From positions 13,392,001 to 13,456,000 of the forward strand of contig NC_047024.1 of NCBI RefSeq assembly GCF_902652985.1: a DNA stretch of 64,000 nucleotides, in the 5' to 3' direction. The stretch comes from Pecten maximus. Taxonomy: Eukaryota. Made by a program: the position numbers and the translations under genes. This document shows positions 52,671 through 64,000 of the stretch, in pieces; the first letter of the stretch is position 1; each line of letters opens with the position of its first letter. The notes under the pieces are model-generated. The model did not search any database. It saw nothing but the letters and a program-made list of their open reading frames with translations, and was not told the origin of the DNA.

Positions 52671-55600
52671 ACATATTCGGTAACACAAGGTATAAGTAGA
52701 TATATGTATTTTTTTTCATTTCATATTTCTACTCAATTTAAACAACAAGAATATTTCTTTTTCTTGCATGACATCGAGCCTTGTTTGTTCAGTCTGATTT
52801 AACACTTGTTACACTTGTTTAATTTAGCTTGTGTCTAATCAATTTGTACATATTTAAAAAACAATCAAATTAAATAATGTCTAGACCACGCTATGATAAA
52901 TAGCACATCACCTATTGTACATTGACTACCGTGATCTTGGAAGTATAGTTTTCATTAATTAAGCAAGTAAATAATGTATAGTTTGGAAAATCGGGTTTTA
53001 TTCTCCCTGTCTTTTTTCCAGAATGTCCGTTTACATCTAATATTTTTACAGAGTGTCCGTTAACATTTTATATTTGACCGTTGTCTTGTTGACAGCGACA
53101 GAGAATTGCGGTATATTCATGCTTTTTACCAATTTTAATGCAATCAAATAAAAGGAGTGAAATCAATTAACTTCGCAAACAAAACCTATGTTATTCGGAA
53201 ATGCAATGTTCAGAGAGCACTGATTTATGACTTTTAACGCCCGTTCTCTATAAGTTTAAAATAATGCTTATTTATTTCAGTGACGAAAAAGCAAATATCT
53301 AAAATACAACAGTACCACTATATCACAAAGGACAGTAGCTGATCCGTGTTTGTGGTGTACGACAGCAACAGTTAGTCATTTACATGTACCATGTATATAA
53401 TACATATTAATTCCACTGAGAACTCTTCATTTTTGTAAAATCCTGAATAGCAAAACTAAGAACATTCACCCTCAAGCGGAGGCGATAATAAGGTAATGGG
53501 CTATGAGTCGATAGTTAACCCTGTTGTGACCGCAGGGGTATGTCTGTCTGGACGCGTATCCTGGACTGATAAATTTACAGCTTCCTCAGATGATGGAAAC
53601 GTTCCAGTCTGGTAGGCCAGTGTATTTATGACGGCAATAATTCAATGTCCGATTCATATGTACATGGACATGGAAATTTCGACAGCGGGAATTAGCCTTT
53701 GCCCGTGGAAAATCTATACGGTATGGATCTGATGGTCCTTGATCTATTCTCTAAGGTTTCTCCTGAGGGACGTGGACAATACAGAAGACGTATTTATTGT
53801 CTGGATTCTGAGGCTTAACAACTGCTTAATACATTAGCTACTAAAATGGATGTTTGTATGATACGTCACCAAGCAAATCTATATTCAGCTTTCTTGATAA
53901 AGACGCTCTTTAAATAAAAAAAGACATCACATTTATAACAAGCAGAATGTTTCAAGGTTGTTTTTATATTGGAAGTTTTTTTAAGACAGAATTTTGGGTT
54001 TCCTAGATACTCTAATTTTTGACTTAATCACGATTATTGACGAGTCCTTGACACTTGGCTATGTGATACATTAATTATCACCGGTAATGTACCGATCAAC
54101 AAATTCCTATCTAATGGGGCTGAATTCATTAGTGTGTCTATTTTACACCCATTTCAAATGGGTGTTAATCGAGATATCACCATAGCAAGTAGATAAACTA
54201 CGGTACTGACATAATAAAACAATCTGATGCACGCGCATAGAATAGATACACAAATATTGTATATCTGTTTATGCACGTTAGTGATTTCTAGCTAAATGAT
54301 CCGGCATTTCTGAAAGTTGGCATGTTGTCCTACAAGCAATGCTCAAAAATCTTAAAAAAAAAGCTAGTGTTAGTATTTGAATTCATATTTTCAAATAATG
54401 CATTCCCGCTAAAACAGGCATTTCTACCGACCGAAACTTCCTTTGCAGTCACGTAACCAATACAATTAAGTTAATATTTGAAATGTTTCTTACTGTCTTG
54501 ACAAACAATCAACAATTACACTCGGAACTCTATGAATGTGATCCACATCCGAGGAGCCCCAATTCCGATATTCGATACATTTTTAAGTAAATTTGCAGTT
54601 GACTGTTTTTTGTTTGTTATCACATTACATTCCTATTGCCTTTTCCTTCAAAAGAAATCGAAACTTTCCACTGTTATTTTACATTGGAAAGGACGAAATT
54701 CATTTTTGATATTCGGTAATACAGATTTTATTCCTATCTGATATATAACATATTAATGCTATTCGGAACAATTGACTCCTTAACTAGTCAACATGATGGT
54801 ATACGCATTCTTAGACATATTTTTACAAACTGACGGACAATCTTTGTGTTTAAGGTAATATAGACGGTATATGGAACTTCTGCCTATAATGACTACTGTA
54901 CACATGTACTTAAAATGGCCTCATATAATCGTTTTCTCTTGCTCATTAGCTAATCGTCCGCTGTGCTTTGTTTGATTTATTGAACCATACTGATGCCTAG
55001 CAACGAGATGAAGGTAGCTGATATAGGGTAATCCATAATCTATTTGTGATGGAAAGTCATTGTAATCAGATCCATGACCATCGCACGGTCCAGTAAAACG
55101 AAGTTTACTTTTATCAATCAGAATAATACGATAAAACATGTCTTTTATCGCCAATGTTGGAAATGCTCTTCGTAAAAATATCGTTGTATTTAATAGGTCA
55201 GCATATGTATTCTATATATTCGTCTCTGTTACTATTACAGTATGACCATTATCAGAAATGGGGACACAATAAATTGCTGCAAGTCTGGATTTTTCTTCAT
55301 TACTTGTTTTGCTTTTTTTCAAATAGAAATTAAAACGATAGAATTCCTTTTCATAGTGTAAGCCTTAAAAATAAGTTACTTATTAGATAACAAAATCATT
55401 ATCAGACAAATACTTCAAGAAAAGAAATGTCAGAAAATCGAACAGGTATACGTACAAAATGTACATGTGTAGGTATCATTGAGATAATCTATGAATGCAT
55501 GAAGAAATTCAAAGGTATCGGTGTCCCAACTAAGAACTCATGAATAGATGAACTCTTTGAATCATATCATAAAACACATTTTAATGAAACAAACTGGAAT

Positions 55601-57220
55601 CATTTAACTAGAAAAAAAATGTTTTATCTAAGATATCTAATGCTACACGATTGACTTGTATCTTTCTCCATTTCACCGATTTGGTAAAGACAAAATTCGA
55701 TGATTGTACTCGATGACCTACTTGACCGGAAGCTATATTTCCCAAGATTTTAATAAATATCTAAATTAATGCTTCATTAAAAATCACACACATAGATATA
55801 TATATCAACAAGATCTGAAGTAAACAATATAGAAATGAATGTCTGATTTAAAGATTTTTCATTTGTTTTATTCACCCTTGATATGTTCCCATGACATGTG
55901 GAGAAAATAGACGCGAGCATTTCAATTTAAGGATATAATTCCAGGATAGAATTTACCCTCTTGTTTTGGATACTTTGTCATATCCTCAAGGCAGGAAAAG
56001 ATTCTATTAGCCCACAGGTCAACCAAACAGACGAGCGTGCGGTAAAACATCACATATTTATCGTAAAAGTTTGTGTGCGTTGCTGTCTAGACAGTTTCTA
56101 GTCATGAGTAACATACATTTATCTTTTATTAGGATTGTCCAGGCATGTTGTACTTATCTCAGGCATGTTTTCGGTACGTCGAATGAGCTACGCACAACAG
56201 GATACAATATGTGTCTACCATTAAATGACTGGGGACACACATGATGTACCTGGTAAAGACGACGGACTTCTGTTATTTATAGGATTTGATATATTTTTCT
56301 CATGCTATGATTTCTGGAAATTCGGTGGGTACGCTACGCTTTAGTTAACAAAATGCAACAAGAAAACAAATAAAAGCAGAAAATCTGACACCCAATCGAT
56401 GAAATAAAGGCATTTGATAATAGAAAATGTGTAACTGGTTTTTTTACATTAAGTAGTTACCATTTATCATAGTTATCGTGGTATTAGGAGAAACTATTTT
56501 TCTCTTAAATCATATGCGAAACACCGCGTGGGTAGGAGAAGCAGGTATACCATTATCGAGAAAGGGAAAGTTCTCTTAAGGGAAATCAGTCTGAATTAAC
56601 CAGACATGTCGTTATTCACCAACATGTATATGCCACAATCAGAATATATAACATGACATTTAAGGTAAAAGATACGTGCTTTGAATCTTTCGTTACATCT
56701 ATCTTTTTTGAAAAGGAAAAAAGAATAATGCAGGGCTACAGTAATAGCGGTCGTATATTCCTGATGGTTTTATGAGATTGATATTTATGTTAAATATCGG
56801 AAGCAAAAAACACACCTGTCGCACGATAATCATTAATAGTCTATTGGGTAAATTTCTGAATTCAAATACGCTAAAACTAGATAGACATATTAAGAACAAA
56901 GACAAACCACAACAAGTTGGAAGGCATAGTCCATACAGTCACTGGAGGCACTGCTATATATATACAACCATATTTAGTGTGAGTAAGCTATACTCAATTA
57001 CTAAATATGTACGGCTATACAATCGACATCTAGAGGACATCGAGAAATAAGTGTGATATATTCTATATTTATAAATGACAACGCTATACACCCTAAAGGA
57101 AACCATTTAAAAATGTTATATTATCTTCGAGCTTTCTGTTTTTTCTCAACACATCCATTTCTACTCAGGATTTTCCGATGTAGCGTCGAAGTAGTATGTA
57201 TTTCCAAGAATGGTGTTTTC

Positions 57221-59138
57221 ACTGTTTGTTGACGTTGTCGTATAGCTCTACTGTTTGTTGACGTTGTCGTACACCTCTACTGTTTGCTGACGTTGTCGTA
57301 TACCTCTACTGTGTGTTGACGTTGTCGTATATCTCTACTGTTTGTTGACGTTGTCGTACACCTCTACTGTTTGTTGACGTTGTCGTACACCTCTACTGTT
57401 TGTTGACGTTGTCGTACACCTCTACTGTTTGTTGACGTTGTCGTATACCTCTACTGTTTGTTGTCGTTGTCGTACACCTCTACTGTTTCTTGACGTTGTC
57501 GTATACCTCTACTGGTTGTTGACGTTGTCGTACACCTCTACTGTTTGTTGACGTTGTCGTATACCTCTACTGTTTGTTGACGTTGTCGTACACCCCTACT
57601 GTTTGTTGACGTTGTCGTACACCCCTCCTGTTTGTTGACGTTTTCGTACACCTCTACTGTTTGTTGACGTAGTCGTATACCTCTACTGTTTGTTGACGTT
57701 GTCGTACACCTCTACTGTTTGTTGTCGTTGTCGTACACCTCTACTGTTTGTTGACGTTGTCGTATACCTCTACTGTTTGTTGACGTTGTCGTACACCTCT
57801 ACTGTTTGTTGACGTCGTCGTACACCTCTACTGTTTGTTGACGTTGTCGTATACCTCTACTGTTTGTTGACGTTGTCGTACACCTCTACTGTTTGTTGAC
57901 GTTGTCGTACACCTCTACTCTTTGTTGACGTTGTCGTATACCTCTACTGTTTGTTGACGTTGTCGTATACCTCTACTGTTTGTTGACGTTGTCGTACACT
58001 TCTACTGTTTGTTGACGTTGTCGTACACCTCTACTGTTTGTTGACGTTGTCGTATACCTCTACTGTTTGTTGACGTTGTCGCATACCTCTACTGTTTGTT
58101 GACGTTGTCGCATACCTCTACTGTTTGTTGACGTTGTCGTACACATCTACTGTTTGTTGACGTTGTCGTACACCTCTACTGTTTGTTGACGTTGTCGTAT
58201 ACCTCTACTGTTTGTTGACGTTGTCGTATATATCTACTGTTTGTTGACGTTGTCGTACACCTGTACTGTTTGTTGACGTTGTCGTACATATCTACTGTTT
58301 GTTGACGTTGTCGTATATATCTACTGTTTGTTGACGTTGTCGTACACATCTACTGTTTGTTGACGTTGTCGTATACCTCTACTATTTGTTGACGTCGTCG
58401 TACACCTCTACTGTTTGTTGACGTTGTCGTATACCTCTACTGTTTGTTGACGTTGTCGTACACCTCTACTACTTGTTGACGTTGTCGTATACCTCTACTG
58501 TTTGTTGACGTTGTCGTATACCTCTACTGTTTGTTGACGATGTCGTATACCTCTACTGTTTGTTGACGATGTCGTATACCTCTACTGTTTGTTGACGTTG
58601 TCGTATACCTCTACTGTGTGTTGACGATGTCGTATACCTCTACTGTTTGTTGACGATGTCGTATACCTCTACTGTTTGTTGACGTTGTCGTATATATCTA
58701 CTGTTTGTTGACGTTGTCGTACACATCTACTGTTTGTTGACGTTGTCGTATACCTCTACTATTTGTTGACGTCGTCGTACACCTCTACTGTTTGTTGACG
58801 TTGTCGTATACCTCTACTGTTTGTTGACGTTGTCGTACACCTCTACTACTTGTTGACGTTGTCGTATACCTCTACTGTTTGTTGACGTTGTCGTATACCT
58901 CTACTGTTTGTTGACGTCGTCGTACACCTCTACTGTTTGTTGACGTTGTCGTATACCTCTACTGTTTGTTGACGTTGTCGTACACCTCTACTACTTGTTG
59001 ACGTTGTTGTACACCTCTACTGTTTGTTGACGTTGTCGTACACCTCTACGTTGTCGTATACCTCTACTGTTTGTTGACGTTGTCGTATACCTCTACTGTT
59101 TTTTGACGTTGTCGTACACCTCTACTGTTTGTTGACGT
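57221..59138. repeat. 29-bp minisatellite (CTCTACTGTTTGTTGACGTTGTCGTA[C/T]AC), about 66 copies
   Basis: Period 29 (57362 to 57391); head-to-tail with no unique spacers. Confidence 0.98.
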
Positions 59139-60744
59139 GATGGTATGCCTTTTTCTGTGTGGTGATGTTATGGTATGACTTTCATCGTGTGTCGACATAC
59201 TGGTATTCCTTTTACTGTGTGTCGACATTTTCACAGATTTTCCCTTACCAATGTGTGTCGATATTGGGCTATGCCTCCTGTTCCCTCCTTATATTGTAAA
59301 TGCTATGCAGCCCTTTTTTGAAAGTAAAGATACCCGTTGATGATAATTCCTGTTGTTGCCTTTGATATATGTCCTTTAATCGTCTGTCTGGCAGCTGCTC
59401 TCTCTACATTGTTTCCACTGTCGTCGGCGACCAAGTTCGAAAAAAAAGCAATAAAACCCAGACACATTCTTTCGTTTGACAGTATAGGGGTTCGAAAATG
59501 GTGTTTTGTCCCCGTTGTTTAAAAAATAACCCATCGAGGTACGCAACCTTTTGGACCATGTAATTATGAAATATTGACATTAGAATTTAAATAATTAATT
59601 TTGTTTATGTGTATGTATAATGGTATCCGACCTAAAACAGGAGTTTACTTTTCCCTCTTACTTTGTATCGTTATCAGACGTTTTGTTATATCTGTGATGG
59701 TAACACTATTACTTGTCATACCCTTCAGCATTCTCTGATGGTAAAACATTTTCACTTGAATACGATCGACCTTTAATAACATCCGCCGTCAGAATAGACT
59801 GACTGAAGTTTATTGCCGCGCTCTGTCAGATAAATGTCACCCGCCATACCGGCGTCGTTCGCATAACACAACATACGATAAAAGGCCCGGTTATATAATA
59901 CAAACTGTATATTGTGTTGTGCCTATGGAATTTGAAAAGGTTTCCTGTACATAAATGATATGAGGAAAACTCGAGATATAAGCAATATAACTTTGTATTG
60001 TATTTCCTTTACAACTGATTCAAATATGTATGAATTGCTTCCAAAATAGCAACTTTTGTCGTAAGATAACGATAAAATCTTTCTTATTGAAATTAAAATT
60101 CTTCAAAATATGTTTTATTATTGATTAAATAAACCAAAATTTTCTGAATGTGTCCCTGTATGCAAATCAAAGTCATGTTCCCTATGTTACCTATCTGACA
60201 ATATTCCATCAGTTTCTTTTCTGTGAGCGACGACTGAAAAAGATGGCACAAAGCGATCTTAGTCGCCTTGGAATAACGCACTAATGGAACTTCACGACAT
60301 TTTACTGTCAGCATTCATGTTCAGATTCCGTAAGGCATGGCATCTAGCGATTTAATTGAATTAGCATCAATCAGATGGTAGTAGGTTTCCCTTCACACTG
60401 ACCGACCAGCATACGGCCCTAGACAAGTCACAGAATATCGGTTATACTGCCCCCCCTCAAACAAACACAGACACGGATTGAATAGCATGCCGGTAACATG
60501 GTGGTGGCTCAGATGGACCAACCAGCATGTCAGTTATATTTGGATACTAGTCCCGGACCAATTGGCTTGTCGGTTATATAGTGGCCCTCACACAAGGTCC
60601 AACAACCATGTCAAATTGAAGTGATACACGGTTACATGTGCCATAAATTGTATTATGAAAAATACCGGATTCCTTTTAATTGGAATCAGATCATGTGTTC
60701 CAAAGGTCAATTTTATCATTTATTGGAACTTCTGTGATAGTATA

Positions 60745-61395
60745 GCCCACATGTCTGTTACATAACGACCTAGCACAAGGACTAGCCGTATGGACTAACC
60801 CGCATGTCTGTTACAAAACGACCCACCACAAGGACTAACCCGCAGGTCAGTTACATAGCGACCTAATACAAGGATTAGCCCGCATGTCTGTTACAAAACG
60901 ACCCACCACAAGGACTTACCCGTTAGTCTCTTACATAGAGACCCAGCACAAGGACTTACCCGTTAGTCTCTTACATAGAGACCCAGCACAAGGATTAACC
61001 GTATGGACTAACCCGCATGTCTGTTACAAAACGACCCAATACAAGGATTAACCCGTATGTCTGTTAAAAAACGACCAAGCACAAGGACTAACCCGCATGT
61101 CTGTTACAAAATGACCCTCCACAAGGACTAACCCGCATGCCTGTTACAAAACGACCCACCACAAGGACTAACCCACATGTCTGTTACAAAACGACCAAGC
61201 ACAAGGACTAACCCGTTAGTCTCTTACATAGAGACCCAGCACAAGGATTACCGTATGGACTAACCCGCATGCCTGTTACAAAACGACCCAATACAAGGAT
61301 TAACCCGCATGTCTGTTACAAAACGACAAAGCACAAAGACGAACCGGTATGTCTCTTTAATAATAACCCAGCACAAAGACCAACCCGCATAACTG
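60745..61395. repeat. 40-bp minisatellite (ACAAGGACTAACCCGCATGTCTGTTACAAAACGACCCACC)
   Basis: About 15 copies in two sub-variants; related degenerate units at 60390-60620. Confidence 0.9.
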
Positions 61396-62539
61396 CTCAA
61401 TGTGATACACGGTTACATGAGCCATAGGTTACCGGAATACCGGAATCCTTTAACTTGAATCGGATCAGGAGTACAATATTTACTCGTTAGTTGTGTAATA
61501 CGACATATCAAAGCATCTTAATTCACACTGATCGATGATCGATCGCACTGACGAAAATAACGAAAATTCAATATTCAGTTTCCGCTTTTTTTTTTTGTGA
61601 ACACAGCTCAGTTTGGGATGCACTTGCACATCATAATTCGTAATGGCAATAACGTTTTTTTTTTTGAGGAAATATATTCCATTCCCATGGCAAAGATATT
61701 TTCTGATTTTTTGAAAATGTTTTAATCATTGACAGGGAAATAAGAAAAGGAACCAACGAAATATGACGGGAAAACAAATCTATAACATCTCTAATAGGGT
61801 AGGATAGAGACTTCCTGATTATAATTCATCCATGTATTGTGTAAGTACCATGATACTGAGGTATAGATCAGTAAGATATCACTACGTCATATCCTGGGAC
61901 ATCAACTAGAGAGGTTACAGAATGCTGATGTTCTGTTTTATTTATCACATATATAACTGCTTTCATTGTTTTCCTTGGATACAGTATTCTTTTGGTTCAC
62001 CATGGAGGCCTCATTGTCAGTCATTAAATCGAAGAATTAATGACTAAAATGGCTTTAAGATGCCTGCTATTCCCTTAATGATACCAGGTATCTGTGTTAT
62101 ATTTCGGTTCATTAATTGAAGTGAATATGACATACAGAACCTAACTAGAGGTATTGAAACGTGTAGTTGCTTGGTAGCATTGAACTGCGGTTGTGTTCGT
62201 GTATTCGTGGCAATGAAAAAGTCTCACAGCGCCAACTGAAGACATGTTCGTAAGAAGGGGTTGTTCTCGTAGGTATATCGTTTTGCCAATTTGTCACAAA
62301 TGCTTCTGTCTGGGAGCATGCTGCGATTTGTCACGAACATTTTGTCATAATCCAGGTCAGAGAAGCACTAATGAAGAATCTTCTATTGTCAAGTCAGTTT
62401 GCTTGTACCTTCCGCAATCATCATACATTTAGAACAAATTTATAAAATAATAACTCGTTAGGCATGTCAGATTATACTCGGCAAAAAGTAAAAAGAAAAT
62501 CAATGTTCTGAAAATGCCGTCAGTTATAAACATCAAAAC

Positions 62540-63100
62540 AAACAGGCGAATCATTATCCTTGGATCTTCCAACAGACTTTTGGCATATATATGGAAACAA
62601 TTTGTGTCCTTCTGCTGATAAACTGGTTTGTGTTCTCAAACAAATCTGATTACACAGAAGAACTAATCAGAACAGGAAATAAATACAAAGTTCTTTCATT
62701 TCACCTATGGGTATATTGACTATGTGTTTCTTCAAATAGCGAAAATTGCACTGACCATGTCGATCGGGTATCGGTATACCCTGTAGAACTTGTAATCAAG
62801 GACACGGAAGACTCCTAAACATCAGCTCATACCTCGATACTTCTCACGACTAAACTGTATGGCAAACATGATGCTTTAAATTTATCAATTGCTAACTTTC
62901 TATCTATTGATGGTAAGATGGTAAGAGCTCTGCTTTCCCCATCTAGAGTGTTCACATGTTCCATTCGATTTCCAAGGATTTGTTCCCAGTTTCACTTTCT
63001 TTTGCGTGACAGATGATGACTACTGACGAGAGAAACAAGTTGATAACGTCGAAGAAGCAGAATACGCTTACTCTTCCGGAGCCTCTGGTCCTATTCTCCT
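62540..63100 (+). mobile_element. Penelope-like retroelement RT fragment, decayed
   Basis: IFQQTFGIYMETICVLLL..YGYIDYV..YPVELVIKDT..TTKLYGKHDALNLSIANFL; same 3' motif at about 63063. Confidence 0.75.
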
Positions 63101-64000
63101 TGTATTTTTACAAATGTCTCTATGCAAATCTTTATGATTGTTTACATTTCGTCCTCGTTTGATAGTACTATGGTTCAGTTAATACGTCAGTTGTTTTGCA
63201 ACTGTGACTTATCTCCATTAAAACTAACTACCGTTCATTATATACTGGACCATCTGTTTTCACTACCAGTTAAGTCTTGTTTTTATACATATATTTGATA
63301 CTTTTAACGATTTAGTTAAGAACTTGTCGGAGGTAAACCTTTTCGCAAGCCGATTTTTGTTTGTCTAACATTCTCCTTTAAATTGCAAACGTGGGACTCA
63401 AAATGTTATCATTTCATGCTTAAAGATACTTCTACATTTGGCTCCTATCTCATCAAAAAGTCATAGAAAAAAAAAAGAAAAAAAAGTTGCTTAATGCAGT
63501 TTGATATAAGGGCGATTGTGTAAAAGTAGCATACTCTTTTTGCCTAGGCGATCGGTACTGAACATGTATGAGGGGCGCCTTGGTGATCACCAAAACATTT
63601 TCCTCGAGTACACTTGTTTCGTCTGAAGGACCCATCGCGCAAGTCCGTGCGGACCGACAAAAATGACTAATATCATTTTACATAATTTGCTTGGCAATAG
63701 TGATAAAACAAATCACTTCCAAAGCTTAGTCGTATAATATATCCATCACGAATTTCACATTTAAATATTTTCTCTAATGAAGACATATTTATTACAACAA
63801 ATTACGTCATTGGCATGCACACATTATTAAAAAAATATAATGTACACATAGATCGACATCAACAGCAATGTCGATATCTTATTGGATAAAACAATTTAAC
63901 CTTCTCTCAGATGAAAATCAAAATGTCAACATACGTATCTCTTACGCTGATGGTAGCAATATGAATACATAAATGAAATGGACTATGTTCTTTCAGTGTT

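Noticed and set aside
52700-57200. Short 60-92-aa ORFs
   Set aside because: No recognisable domains or consistent splice chain; treated as intergenic.
57221-59138. CRISPR-like 29-bp periodicity
   Set aside because: Head-to-tail units with no unique spacers, no cas genes, eukaryotic context.
37222-59138. Similarity between the 28-bp (37 kb) and reverse-complemented 29-bp (57 kb) units (GTAGAGG..TGTAC..ACGT)
   Set aside because: Only short words shared with different spacing; chance cannot be excluded.

Overview
AT-rich animal (probably bivalve mollusc; inferred only from the repeat families) genomic DNA with spliceosomal introns; no prokaryotic operons, rRNA, tRNA or CRISPR. (1) 1-21.4 kb is a tandem array of a ~5-kb composite unit. 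The host part is ~2.3 kb and carries a decayed Crypton-type (DUF3504-like) tyrosine-recombinase gene on the minus strand. Nested in it at a TTAA site is a 2.65-2.86-kb non-autonomous Kolobok DNA transposon (AGGTCAATT...AATTGACCT termini) with a THAP exon plus the transposase's last exon on + and a convergent three-exon KolX (P2X7-ballast-like) gene on -. There are four filled copies, and the fifth, more diverged host copy still has the empty TTAA site (20937-20940). (2) 21.8-28.7 kb holds a decayed DDE_Tnp_4-type transposase and a decayed CR1/L2-type LINE whose ORF2 starts with a 2A-like DIQSNPGP motif. (3) 32.4-48.9 kb (possibly to 52.1 kb) on the minus strand is a four-coding-exon gene for a ~570-aa type I membrane protein with a divergent IgGFc-binding-like ectodomain; two single-base frameshifts interrupt it in this sequence. 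(4) The rest is minisatellites (21, 28, 28, 29, 32, 34, 40 and 54 bp units), Penelope-like RT fragments, a 137-bp palindromic MITE with an 8-bp TSD and a Helitron-like 3' end. Family assignments come from motif recognition by eye, not database searches.
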